A stretch of 62,733 bases of DNA, filler included, from Kipferlia bialata (GCA_003568945.1; 4 parts of 4 records of this genome joined end to end with filler, not necessarily neighbours in it); one strand, 5' to 3'; positions 48,635 through 61,893 are shown, counted from the whole stretch's first letter. Notes: a model not told the origin generated them from the sequence alone. Numbers and translations are program-made.

Positions 48635-49548
48635 TAGGATTCGTGTTAGTGAAACTGTGGACCTGTAGGTCATATGTCTGGTCGAGGCTTGAATCTTTGA
48701 GTTGATATGTACACCTCCCGTCGTATAGTGAGCACATCAACTCAGCACCCAGTGGATGGCCATGGATACTGATCATGGTGCCTCATGATTCAGCCACCTA
48801 TCCTCATATGATGCCCCTTGGGGCTTTGGGGCCGGGTCTTTGTGTCCTCACCCCATCCACCCATACCCTTCATGTACCAGGGCCAGTTGAGAGGGTCCCC
48901 AACTGCCCCATTAGATCTATCTATCTATCTGTCTGATGGGCACCCGTCTATCGATGGACGAGGAAGTGGAGGGGGTCTCCTGCCGGTGGTCCATGTTACA
49001 TATGGGGTGTGACACATGCAGGCCTGCGTGGGGTGACTATGCTAGACCTTGGGCCTGTCTGGGAGTCAGTGGATACCACCCAGTGTCACTGTGCATACAG
49101 TGTGACTGATGCTCTGACCTGTATCAAGATCGACCATGATTGATCTCTTATTGACACCGAGTTCCTAGTATCCATGCTGCTGACACCATATCCACCGAGT
49201 GTTGTTAGCGGACAGGCCCTGTCTCTGATGCACTACTCTAGGGTGTATTCTTGTGTATTTGCTTGTGGAGGTATATGTCCCTGTTTGTTCTGGCTAGTTT
49301 GCCGTGCCACACCGTGTAGATTACTATACACCGTGTCATATGGTATGGCCAATCAAGAATATAGAAAGTAGCTTCTAGTTGAGGAGTAAAGATGCTTTAT
49401 TTACAGTGTTTCAAGTTTCTGTCTCAGAGTCTGGGGCTCAGAGTCTCATTTCATATTTCTCAGTCAGAGTGTCTCATTGAGGCAAAAAGAAGGGGTGCCT
49501 ATCCAATTCAGGCATAACCAATCAGACCCCTCTCTTCATGTTCCTGTA

Positions 49549-50289
49549 ATGCAGCCAGGAAACCCTGACGTTCATAGCAAGGAAGCAGTGCGCAGTGCGC
49601 TGTTGGCACGTCTAGAGGCATCTGGATATGCGCCCAGGGCATCGGTATGTGGTATTCATCAGAGTTCATATGTCTGAATATGCAGGTGTTGTTTAGTGTG
49701 ACTCTGACCCAGGCTGACCTAGCTGAGAGGCTGAGAGAGGCCGGGTGGTTTGACCACGTGCGTGGACACATCGAGAGTGAGTCACAGACATATATGGGCA
49801 ATACAATATGAGATATTTGAAGTCATATTATCATGTCTAATATTCATTCTCATATACATACCCTCTGTCCTGTGCATCCCTGTCTCCATTGATGGTTGTC
49901 TCCATTGATGCCAGAGTACATGGACGGGCTGGGAGACCAGGTGTCTAGTGTGTCCCCTGACTCCATCACGGAGGTGTGTCAGTACTAGGCCGACATGTGT
50001 GCACAAGTCTATTAGTCTGCATAGGTTAATTTTAACTCAAGGCCCTGCTTCCCTCTGCGCTGGAGGTTATACCCCAGCACATCAAGGCACGCACAGTCAC
50101 GTTCCTCGAACAGGTATCGAAATGTGTATATGTATGTATATATGTGTGTTCAGGTGCTTTGTATATATACTGGCGTGGCCCTGATGTGTTCTATTGTATA
50201 AGCTTAGTTACCCAGTGTTGATCTATTAATACTCCTAGACCTACTGTATTGGCAGGGCTGTCCTGGCTCCGTGTGACCCCAGGCCCTGA
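49549..50289 (+). CDS. ENY2: Transcription and mRNA export factor ENY2/Sus1 (last exon tentative)
   Basis: Exons 49549-49644, 49713-49776, 49915-49973, 50042-50113 and 50239-50289 give AVRSALLARLEASGYAPRAS|ADLAERLREAGWFDHVRGHIE|KYMDG...SPDSITE|ALLPSALEVIPQHIKARTVTFLEQ. This matches the EnY2 pattern (L..sG...L..rL.e.GW.d.v...P.a...vP..vK). Confidence 0.75.
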
Positions 50290-50519
50290 TGTGCACCGAT
50301 GCCTCTGCTGCAGACCATACACTGGACCATACCCACGGGTAGACGGTGTCTGTCCATGTGTGCAGTGTCAGTCCCCACACTCTGAGGCAGTGTAATATGT
50401 CTTGTGTCTTGTGTCTTGTGTCTTGTATGTGTGTGGACAATAGACTGTGCATTACACTTGATGGGTATCTGCATATAGCACACTGAGTCAGTGACTGACT
50501 CCGTTCCATGTGTCTATCG

Positions 50520-50607
50520 TCACCATGCGTCTGTGTCGATGTGTCTGGTGACGCAGAAGGCAGGCGTCTCGTAGGGGTGGGCAGACCGCATTGCAGCCAC
50601 CACAACC
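50520..50607 (-). CDS. Terminal exon of a NIF3/YqfO PII-like domain protein (rest in the N gap)
   Basis: VVVAAMRSAHPYETPAFCVTRHIDTDAW*, containing the HPYExPA motif. Confidence 0.65.
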
Positions 50608-51412
50608 CTGACGATGAGGGATGAGGGTCAAGGAAGAGGAGAGGGGGGGGGGGGGGGTTGGATGAGGGAGGCAGATATCATACCGTATCCTATCCCCTGG
50701 NNNNNNNNNNNNNNNNNNNNNNNNNNNNNNNNNNNNNNNNNNNNNNNNNNNNNNNNNNNNNNNNNNNNNNNNNNNNNNNNNNNNNNNNNNNNNNNNNNNN
50801 NNNNNNNNNNNNNNNNNNNNNNNNNNNNNNNNNNNNNNNNNNNNNNNNNNNNNNNNNNNNNNNNNNNNNNNNNNNNNNNNNNNNNNNNNNNNNNNNNNNN
50901 NNNNNNNNNNNNNNNNNNNNNNNNNNNNNNNNNNNNNNNNNNNNNNNNNNNNNNNNNNNNNNNNNNNNNNNNNNNNNNNNNNNNNNNNNNNNNNNNNNNN
51001 NNNNNNNNNNNNNNNNNNNNNNNNNNNNNNNNNNNNNNNNNNNNNNNNNNNNNNNNNNNNNNNNNNNNNNNNNNNNNNNNNNNNNNNNNNNNNNNNNNNN
51101 NNNNNNNNNNNNNNNNNNNNNNNNNNNNNNNNNNNNNNNNNNNNNNNNNNNNNNNNNNNNNNNNNNNNNNNNNNNNNNNNNNNNNNNNNNNNNNNNNNNN
51201 NNNNNNNNNNNNNNNNNNNNNNNNNNNNNNNNNNNNNNNNNNNNNNNNNNNNNNNNNNNNNNNNNNNNNNNNNNNNNNNNNNNNNNNNNNNNNNNNNNNN
51301 NNNNNNNNNNNNNNNNNNNNNNNNNNNNNNNNNNNNNNNNNNNNNNNNNNNNNNNNNNNNNNNACAATTTTTTATACAGTGGCCCCCTCCCCCCCCCCCC
51401 CCCCCACCCCAG

Positions 51413-54218
51413 GCCACCCGCACTCGCTGTCTGTGATGGAGTCTGCTGGGTACTTCGACAGTGTGTTCAAGGGCATCCGCACCAACATGGGGGTACTCAC
51501 CGAGTACAACCAGAACGTGTACTCTCTACTGAGGAGGGCTATTGATGGTAGCCCCATGTCCACCGAGAAGCTAAGGATGTCCCTGACCCTGGGGCCCTAC
51601 TGTGCAGATATAGGGTCGGGGAGGCAGGGGAGTAGGAGCCACAGCAGAGGTGTGTATGTGTACGTATGGCACTATTCACAAAGAGTCACTCGTCTGGTAT
51701 GGATTCCATGGTACGCCTACCCCCATCTGACCCCTAGGCAGGTCCAACAGCACCCACAGGGCCCCTGAGACACAGGTGGTATCCGTACCAGCAGGGCCCC
51801 ACCTTATAGGTATGTGGATGGAGTGTACATAGTAGGGGTGGCATTTGTCATTTCTGCGTGGCACCGTCCTGACTCTTACGACACATAGTTCAATATTGCT
51901 GCATATTTATATATATCATATATATATAGTGAATTTCAGTGTGCATCTATGACCCTTACCCAGGTGAACTCTCCAAGACCCCCGAGGGATGCAACCTCCT
52001 CAGCGCCAATGGCATGTGGTTCATACTCAAGCAGGTGGTGTATATATATCTCTCTATGCAACACTCTTGTATTATTATTTGACTTCTTCCTCTTCCCATG
52101 GAGTATATCATCTCACTGCTAGTGTGCAGTCAACACGTCCCTGGAGACCAAGATCCGTTGTGCCGCCCTGTGGTCTGTGTCTCACATAGCAGCCACAGAG
52201 TGCGGGTACAGGTGGGTGCTACTTTAACTGGATGTCTTGACATACCAAACCAAGCTAGTGATGTGAATCAGTAGATAACGCTATTGTATACGATTGCTCT
52301 AGTCTCATGTCAGAACCTTCTTCTGCGAGCCCCCAGCCTCTAGACCCAGACATGACCCCTCCACACCCAGTTACATGGGTAGTAGTTACGTGGGGTCACC
52401 TTTGTCAGGCCTGGACCACTCTGCTGGCCCTGCCCCCTCTCCCTCGGCACCCCCTGCCCTATCCGCAGATGGGGAGGTGGTCTTGGAGGCCGTGTCTAGT
52501 GCAGGTGGGTGGTTACACTTCTATGCTCCCTACATACTTCAGTGCAGGTGGTGTAGTATCGGTGCTGCTAGCCGTATATGTACACACCACCTCTCTCCCT
52601 GGACTTTAACCCCTCACCCCAGCCATGAGTGCGTGTGACCTGAGGATCAAGGAGGTCGGTCTGTACTGTGTGGGTGTGTGTGGCCGTAACCACCTCCCCA
52701 GGCGTGTCTTGTCGGGGATGGGGTGGTCGTTCAACATACGTAGGTACGGTGGTGGTGCGTATGAGAGAGGATAGGGAATACTGTCATACACATTTCGGGT
52801 ATATTCTTAACCAATCATAATTCCACTGTGTCTGACCCTTAGTAATGGAGACTGCATCGCCGTCCCCAACAGGGAGCACCTCGACACCTTCTATGCCGTG
52901 CCTGAGCCCCCAGTGGGCACCCAGGGGATGGATATGGACAGACGCTCACTGTCGGGCATCACATCTATGACGGGGACATCCGGTGGGTGTAATGATATAC
53001 TATACTCTATAAGTATAAGTGTTGGTGAACTAGAGTATACTGTTCAGGCTATCTCATGTGTCATGGTATGTGTATAGTGCCTCACCCTCAGCCGGCAGCT
53101 ACACATCGAGTTGGGACAGCACAGGGTCCTACGAGTCTCTGGCGTCGTATGCTAGGTATGGATAGCAGATATACATATCCAACAGTTGGTATAAGTGTTG
53201 TCGTATACTATACAGAGTCCCGCTTCTGACACCTAGGTCCCCCTCTACGATTGCCTCTCTCGGCCTGGCCTCCCCTAGCAGTGAGGCCCATCCACCTGTA
53301 CACAGACTGGCCCAGCAGTACCAGTACCAGTCCAACAATGAGCAGACGCAGCAGCCAATGGGTCAGACAGAGAGAGAGAGAGGTGTGGGTCAGATAGACA
53401 CTCAGGTGGAGGAGCCACATACAGATGGGGGAGAGGATACCACTGATAGAACTGAGGGTACAGAGGGTGGGGACGTGCCCTCTGGCCAGGTTCCCCTAGG
53501 GGTGAGGCCTGTTCCCGTTCCCTTTGCGGGTCAGTCCTCCTACACACACTCTACCTCATCAGAGATGTCATCCGAGGAGAGTGGTGAGCGGGTGGGTGAG
53601 GGTGGTAAGGGAGGATACCGCTATGGGCGTCAGGGAGGCGATGAGGCTGGATACCCCCTCAGTGACGGGGCCCTCAACCCAGCCCTACCCCCTGCTGCAC
53701 TACCACCATCTATCAGGCAGTACACCACCCAGCACGTACCCTCTGTGTCCTTGGTGGGCACACAGCAGTGCAGGGCAGGGGGAGGGTGTCCCAGGGAGCC
53801 CTGGCATGGGGCAGGGGAGACCGAGAACCCCCTCCTCAGCTCCACCTCGCTGGGGTCCACAGGGCCATACCCCCGGCGCATATACAACCTGTCTGAGAAC
53901 GAGACCCACTTCGTACTGCAGTTCCTGCGCAGTCTATCCCTAGAGACCTCTGTGGCCCAGAAGCAACTGCGGGACCTCTTTGTGTGGGTTACTAAGCACC
54001 ACCCGGAGCTGCAGCACTCCCCCACGCTGTACATATACGTCATCCACATGATATCAACCATGCCCCTTCCCTATGCACACCGTGAGTGGCTGCTGCTGCC
54101 CAAGCTGTTTGTGACCAGGGGGTCAGACCCTGCCGCATACCTCTCTGCCCTACAGTGGGCCATGGAGAACTACTCCCCGACACACAGGGCGGGGTGGCTC
54201 AGTCACGTCACATACTAG
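51413..54218 (+). CDS. RICTOR: RICTOR/Avo3-like TORC2 subunit, C-terminal part (5'-partial)
   Basis: PHLI|GELSKTPEGCNLL, CAALWSVSHIAATECG, LRIKEVGLYCVGVCGRN...LSGMGW and the terminal TKHHPELQHSPTLYIYVIHMISTMPL...REWL follow the conserved RICTOR domain V and C-terminal motifs in the expected order. Confidence 0.75.
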
Positions 54219-54433
54219 CCTAGGGCTAACACGTGTGGCCTATTCTCATTCATAGTGTCTTGCCAAGTACCATGTCCAATAGAGTGGTCTAGAACCCGAA
54301 CAATTTCGATCAAAATTACTCTATTCTACATGGCCACAAACGGCCAATATCTAAGCATCTACACACTGTCACACACACTTCGGGTTGGTAGGTGTCCATA
54401 CTAGGTATCCCTACCCTAGTTCCTACACCTTGA

Positions 54434-55544
54434 CTACTCGGGGCCATCCATGGCGGCCTCTAGCACCATCCCGCCCTGCCTCTCTCTCACCCTATCCTCC
54501 TCCTCCAGCTGGGCTGTGACCTCTCTCTCAATCTCAGCGGCTGCCAGCCTCTCTCTCTCTGCCACGGCCTCTGCCACGGCGTCTCTTTCCTCCTCCTGCT
54601 CCTCAGTGCCCAGAGGGGTGTCTAGGGGGGTGGTCTCCTGGGCCAGGGGGGAGGGGGCAGCAGATATGGTAATGCCTGAGGGCTGGGGGTTAGACACTTG
54701 GGTATGACTAATTTGCAATGGCTTCAAATGTCTGTATCTGGTATTTACCTTCGCCTCTGGCTCCAGCTGAAGGCCCAGCTCTCTACGCCTCGCAGCCTCC
54801 TCCTCGGGTCCCTCTCCCTGGGGGTCAGATAAGGCTACATACAAATAGGTACTAACACGGGCACTCCCAATACAACACATCTCCATTATATACCCACCTC
54901 TGTCCCTAGGGACACGTTGAAGGGCAGCACTGATGGCTTCCTGACGTGCTTGACCCTGACTGGCTTGACCCCACTGTACATGGAGGGGATGCGCAGGAAG
55001 CGGTTGCCTAGAGGTCAGATGAATAGGGACACACCTACTAATTGACTGCCTACACTAAGACCCATATATACCCACATACACCCGTACCTGCCCCGTTGAC
55101 TGTGCCGGCATGCAGCACCCTACCAGAGGGGGTCAGCTCGACAAAGCTGGGGGTGAGACAGAGGGGTGGCAGTGAGAGAGAGAACTCTAGTCGCAGTAGC
55201 GGGAGTATGTGTTCATTGCGAAAAGAATCATATATACACACACCACCACCCACCGTGTGATGCCGTTTGCGTATCCGGCGTAGCAGTCCTCCTGAGCACC
55301 GATGGCAGTGCCGGCGAAGAAGAAGTTGCCATTGAGGAGACGCTGGGCAGCACCTGGGGGTGAGAGAGGGTTAGAAGGGCAGATCGGGAATTGGTGTATA
55401 TATGTGATATGATTGATTCCCTCACCTCCGTAGTACGAGTACCACCCGAGGTCCACGCACAGCACAATCTCAGCCTCCATGGTCTCCTCGTCCAGTCTGA
55501 CCACCATGCCTCTGCTGTTGCCACTCTTGCGGGACTCAGGGCGC
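54434..55544 (-). CDS. Arylsulfotransferase (ASST)-like beta-propeller C-terminus with an acidic tail, 5'-partial
   Basis: NSRGMVVRLDEETMEAEIVLCVDLGWYSYYG|GAAQRLLNGNFFFAG...FVELTPSGRVLH...NRFLRIP resembles the last ASST blades (SR...lDe..m.....yS...GsaQ.L.NGN). Confidence 0.6.
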
Positions 55545-55751
55545 CTGGGGGGGGGGGGGGGGGGGGGGGATACAAATTATAGTGATGACACATTATGAGT
55601 GCGATACACACCTTGAGAGTGAGCAGGGCCACGTTGTGCAACCATAAGTAAAGTAGTATATCACTAGTCACATAATAATATATGGGCGATGCATAGCTTG
55701 AGGGTGAGCGTGAGGTGCATTCATCAGGGTAAGACGTGTGATGCATCATAC

Positions 55752-55827
55752 CTTGAGAGTGAGCAGGGCCACGTTGATGGCATCCTCAAAGTCCATCTCG
55801 GCAGTGTGCCTCTTCTCGAGGAAGGCC
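55752..55827 (-). CDS. PSMA2: Single internal exon of 20S proteasome subunit alpha type-2
   Basis: taacccccag|G GCC TTC CTC GAG AAG...CTC AAG|gtatg = AFLEKRHTAEMDFEDAINVALLTLK, close to the alpha-2 signature FLEKRY...LEDAIHTAILTLK. Confidence 0.75.
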
Positions 55828-55990
55828 CTGGGGGTTAGGGGGGGGGGGGGCAGAGAGAGAGAGCCAGAAAGAGAGAGAGAGAGATATATATATATATACA
55901 GTAACCCAACTGTGCCCCTTCTCGAGGAAGGCCGTCGGGGTTGGGGGCGGGGGGGGGGGGGGATAGATAGAGTATAGGTGTATACCTTGT

Positions 55991-56090
55991 NNNNNNNNNN
56001 NNNNNNNNNNNNNNNNNNNNNNNNNNNNNNNNNNTTAATTAATTAANNNNNNNNNNNNNNNNNNNNNNNNNNNNNNNNNNNNNNNNNNNN
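55991..56090. other. Artificial contig linker (N44-TTAATTAATTAA-N44)
   Basis: Same cassette as at 23272. Confidence 0.95.
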
Positions 56091-56362
56091 TTATAAACCC
56101 CGTTTTCCCCCGACCCCCCCCCCCCCCCCCCCACTCTCTCTCTGATACATATATAGCATTCGTCACTCAGTGTTCAACACTGATTTCCTCCTATTCACCC
56201 CTGTACTTTCAACTCCCCCTCCTCTCTCTCTTTTAATAAAGGAGTCTCTTGTAACCACTGCGTAACAAGTGTTAGCTGCCCTCCCTCACACACTGGCATT
56301 ATCGCTCTCTCGCTGTCTCTCTCTCTCTCTCTCTCTCTCTCCCACTACACCCTTATCTCCAG

Positions 56363-57309
56363 GCATCATGTTTGGTCTCCTTGTCCTGGCCGGTGGCTGG
56401 TGGCTCATGGTGCACGTGCTGATGTGAGTGGATAGTATTATATACTGAATATATAGTATGTAGTGTATATAGTGTATGATATATATGTATGTGCTCATGT
56501 ACGTACGAGTAATATTCCCTGCTTCCTCCTTAACTCCCCCTCCCTATTCACTATAGTTACTGCAGGGTCGTCAGTATTATTGTTCCTCTCCCTCTCTCTC
56601 TACACTATTTCCCTCTATATCCTATTCTTAACGCATACCAGGGTATCATAGTGATGATTCTCTCTCTCCCCCACTTTCTCCTTCTCTCTCTCATATTTCT
56701 ATCACTATATATACTAATGTTTAGGGTCCTTGGCATCATAGTGATGTGTCTGTTCCCAGTGCCCATAGTGTATGGTATCATGGGTACGTTATGGACATAT
56801 GTATGTTATGGGTATATGCATCTATATTTGTATGTATGTAGACATTATTTCATACTGGAGGGGTAGAGAGATGAGCCCATAGTGTATAATGTTAGGGTAC
56901 ATTGTTTGTGTATATATACAGCAATAGGTATATGTCTCATACCAGTGTTCCGCAGTGTCAACAGTGCCCCAGACCCCCCCCCTCTCTCTCTCTCTTTCTT
57001 TCTCTGTATATATATGGCCATATATTCCTAATAACAGTCTTCCGCAGTGTCAACAACGCCCCTGACTCCAAGAAGAGCCAGAAGACCAAGAAGGAGGAGG
57101 TATCTATACAGATAGAGTATATATATATATAATAGAGAGAGATAGTAATGCCCCAGACTCCAAGAAGAGCCAGAAGACAAAGGAGGAGGAGGTATCTATA
57201 CAGATAGAGTGTGTATATATATAGAGAGATAGAGAGAAGGAGAGAGAGAGAGAGACTCCAAAAAGAGCCAGAAGACGAAGAATGAGGAGGTATAGAGAGA
57301 TTATATATG

Positions 57310-57345
<36 letters not shown>

Positions 57346-57758
57346 AGGAGAGAGATTACAAGAAGAGCGAGAAGACGAAGAAGGAGGAGGTATGGAGAGT
57401 GTATGTGTCTATGTACGTCAAGCGCAAGCATATCGCTCTTTCCTATGTATCTTAGTATCTAGCATGGGTATTTCCTCGTACCTTGCCCACATGCTTGCTG
57501 TCAATGCTTTATATATATGTATCTCTATCTCTCTCGCCCTCTCTCTCTCTCTCTCTGAATCTATTTGTCTCTCACACCAGTACCTTGCCCATATGCGTGC
57601 TTGTGCATATACTCATATATATATCTATATTTATATATATATGAATGTATATATGTATATATGTAGTGATGGTATGTATCTAACCCTAGTACCTAGCCCA
57701 CATGCGTGCTGTCAATGCTGCCAAGGCAGCTGAGCAGACAGCTGAGGACGCTGTCTAG
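56363..57758 (+). CDS. C-terminal exons of a membrane protein, 5'-partial
   Basis: GIMFGLLVLAGGWWLMVHVL|VLGIIVMCLFPVPIVYGIM|VFRSVNNAPDSKKSQKTKKEE|YLAHMRAVNAAKAAEQTAEDAV*. Confidence 0.6.
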
Positions 57759-58247
57759 AGAGGGAGAGGGAGAGGGAGCGAGAGAGAGAGAGAGAGAGAG
57801 AGTATGTAGTAGTAGTCTGCTGAGCAGACAGCTGAGGACGCTGTATAGAGGGGCTAGAGGGAGAGAGAGGGAGAGAGTATGGAGTAAGCGTACTAGGTCT
57901 AGTAGTCGGTAGTTAGAATTGAAGTGCAGGAATGCACAGACACCGCGTTTCACACGTTCCTCACGTTTCAGACGCTATGGTTAATAATAGAACTCATAGT
58001 ATATTCGTGGAACTGGGATTATTGAATTATCAATATGAGTTCCCTCTTCTCTTAGATACCAAAAGAGAGAAGTAGATATCTAACACCTGATTCTCTCTAT
58101 TCTTCATTGGTACACAAAACAAGTAACAGAAATTGGAAACATACACTGAAAACAACACACTTAAAGAATGTCTGTAATAGGCACTTGATAATAAGGCCCA
58201 TGCTACAGCGACTGCAGCGTCTCAGACGTCTCGGGCGTCTCGACCGT

Positions 58248-59136
58248 TCACACCTCCGGGAACAAGTGCCTGAAGAGTGTTGGGTTGAAGTCTGGGAAAG
58301 ACTTGAAACCTGGGTGTCAGCAACTACACTCATTTGGATAGGAATCAATATAATGAACACATACTGTGCAGAAGTTAACATCCACCGCACTCAGGACATA
58401 GTGTAGTATATATTAGATAGATATAATAGGATATATATAATACAGTTCTCTACAATACACATACAAATTGTATAACATATACATATGTATATAATACCTG
58501 GGCAGTAGTTGACATCCACCACACTCAGGATGTGTTTTGTTAAGAATAGTACAGTATATAATAACAGTATATACAATGAATACATAATGTAGATGTATAT
58601 ATACCTGGGCAGTAGTTGACATCCACAACACTCAGGACACTGGACCCTCCCTCTCCATCTCCCTCTCCCTCTCTATCTCCCTCTGTCTTTCCCTCTCTAT
58701 CCCCCTCTCCCTCTCTCTCTCTATCCCCCTTCCTGTCCAGAATGACATCGATGCCCAGCATGCTGACACTGGAGGTTAGAAATGTGAATATATATACCCA
58801 TAGTGTATTTACATAAAAGCATATATATATGCACATATACATACTTTCATTCATCGGTACCAAGAATGGTGACATCAAAGGACTACTAGTCATAGATATA
58901 CTCATACATACTCACTTTAGCCTGGCCGATAGGGCCAGACACGTCTTCCTAAGGACAGACAGCTCAGCCTGGGGTGAATAATAGGGGGTAGAAGATGAAG
59001 AAAGGGTGTAGAAGGAGAGAGAATAGTCTTCCTAAGGACAGACAACTCAGCCTGGGGTGAATATACTATATATTCACCACACACGCATACATATGGGGTG
59101 CAAGGAGGTATGAAGAGTGAAGGAGGATAGAAGTAG

Positions 59137-59182
<46 letters not shown>

Positions 59183-61316
59183 CACCTCAGACAGGTTGTG
59201 GGGTGTCACTGGGCTGGAGCGCATGAAGGACTGGGGGTAAGGGTAGATAAGGGAACCATATTCAATAAGAAAATACACATATTCCATATATATATATCTA
59301 CTCACTATTACTATATACTCACTACTGTTATACACAATACACATATATATATCTGGAGCACATGACGGACTGGGTACAAGGGAGGGATAACATATACGTA
59401 TCATAAGTGCGTACTATATATACAGATATTACCTACAAAGATATGGAGGGCAAGAATGATAGGGAGTATGGGGGTAGACTCTAAAAGAAATAGATGATAG
59501 TGGGAAGAACACAGAGGTCAAGGCAAATTAATATTCAATACATATTACACATATAGAATATTCATATAGAAAATATATGTACCTGACTGTTGAATGGGAC
59601 AGTGTCCACAGCAGGGTCAGAGAGTGATATATAATGTTACATGAACTCATAAAATAATACATTATAAGTGTAAGTTGTCTATATAGTCATTGTTATAGTG
59701 TCAATTAAGTCTCATACTGACCTGACTGTTGAATGGCACAGTGTCCACAGCAGGGTCAGACAGAGTGCGGACTAGGGCCTGGGAATAAGGGCGTAGAGGG
59801 AATGCAAATCAAAAATATGGTATCCCGTACCTGTACTGGCTCTGACACGTCTCCGCATATCACGTGCATACATGGACATATATATATATAAGTGTGTGTG
59901 TATATATACATACATATATTGCTTACACTTATACACTCTATGTATACCTGCACCGGTTCTGACACGTCTCTGCATATCACGTGCATGGAGTCACCGATCA
60001 TATAGACCTAAGAATGAGGGGGTAGCAATCTAATTGAGGGTGTATACTCAGGGTGTATAATGGTGTAGTCCATGAATTGGCAAATGGGAAGGAAATAGAT
60101 GTAAACTAATTTCTATATCTGACAACACTCTCACACCTTGTACACTGTGCTGTTCAGTAGGAAGGGCATGAATAAGGGTGTAGCACAAGAATATGGGTGT
60201 ATAGGTGCAACTGCTTATAGTACAGTAAGATCAAATAGAATATATATATATACCTTGTACACTGTGCTGTGCAGTAGGAAGGGCATCGCAATGACAGCCT
60301 CCCTGCACCCTTTATCCTCTGTGCTAGACCCTTTATCCACTAGGGAGAGAGAGGTGTCGGCGGCACAGAGCTGCAGACTGGGTCTGAGTGGAAATTAAAT
60401 AAACACGCATACATTCAGATATGCATATATATACCCATTTAGATGGAGAGCTGCCTACACTACAATAAAATAGGTATAATAATTAATATTGGCAATAATT
60501 ATTAACATATACAATATATTCTACATGCACTATATATATACCTGTGACTGATGCTGGGCCCACAGCCCCAGAAGGGCAATATATATATGTGTATATATGT
60601 AAATGTATGTAAATAGTAATAATGTATTTATGCATATATGAACTATACATATATATATAGTACCTGTGACTGATGCTGGGCCCACAGCCCCAGAAGGGCT
60701 TGAGGATGGTGATGCCTGAGTGTAAGGGTGAAGAGGGAGATCAATATGGTATACAAAGAGAAGCTAAGAATAATAGATTTTATGAAAACACTGGTGAACA
60801 TAGAACAATGGGTGGGTGAACGAGCCCATGAAAGTTGAGAAGTGTCCGAATCATACCTCTGAGTTATCATTATATATGTATTTATACAATAAGTAATATA
60901 CATGCCTGGGTATGGCAGGTTGACATAAGGTATATGTGAATTCATATACTCATATACAAATACTATTCATATGTATACATAAATATATGTATATATTAAT
61001 ATATTTATACACATATATACTAATGTATATATACTAATGTAAATATATATACACATATATACCTGGGTATGGCAGGTTGACTAGAGGGGGTGTGGAGACA
61101 GACACACCACTATCTCTCTCCCCCTCTACACCCCTATTCAGGGTCTGTGACACATCCTGGACAACATCAGACAGGACTGTCGACATGTCCCTCCTGATGG
61201 TTAGATAAGTATACATTTATACACATATATATATATACATATATACAATATATATACTTATACACAATACAGACAGTACAGTGGACATGTCCCTCCTGAG
61301 AGTTAACAATATACAT

Positions 61317-61347
<31 letters not shown>

Positions 61348-61860
61348 GATATATTGTATACTCATATGAACTGCAATATATATATGCAATAGTAACATGA
61401 CGACATCAGACAGGACAGTCGACATGTCTCTCCTGACAGGGTTAGATTCACAGCAATCTACACTTAGATTGTATATATACATATTAATCATAATAAGATA
61501 AATTATAGAGGACAGTGGACATATCTCCCCTTAAGGCTATATATGCATTTATAAATATGCACATATATATAATTCATATTCTACTACCCAGGCACATGGA
61601 CGATCTGGTAACATATGGTGGATATGCATATATGTTCCATAGAGAATGTAAATTCATACCTATCCAGGAAAGGCTTCACACTCATGACTGGGTCCAATAC
61701 CCTGATGCCCGGCTGGACGGACAGACAGTGGGAGAGGTCAGACAGGAGGTCCCAGTCAATACCTGATATAAGGGTGTAGAGAGAGAGAGAGAGAGAGAGA
61801 GAGAGGCAGTAGTAGAGGTCAGACAGGAGGTCCCAGTCAATGCCTATGGTTGGTACTATT

Positions 61861-61893
<33 letters not shown>

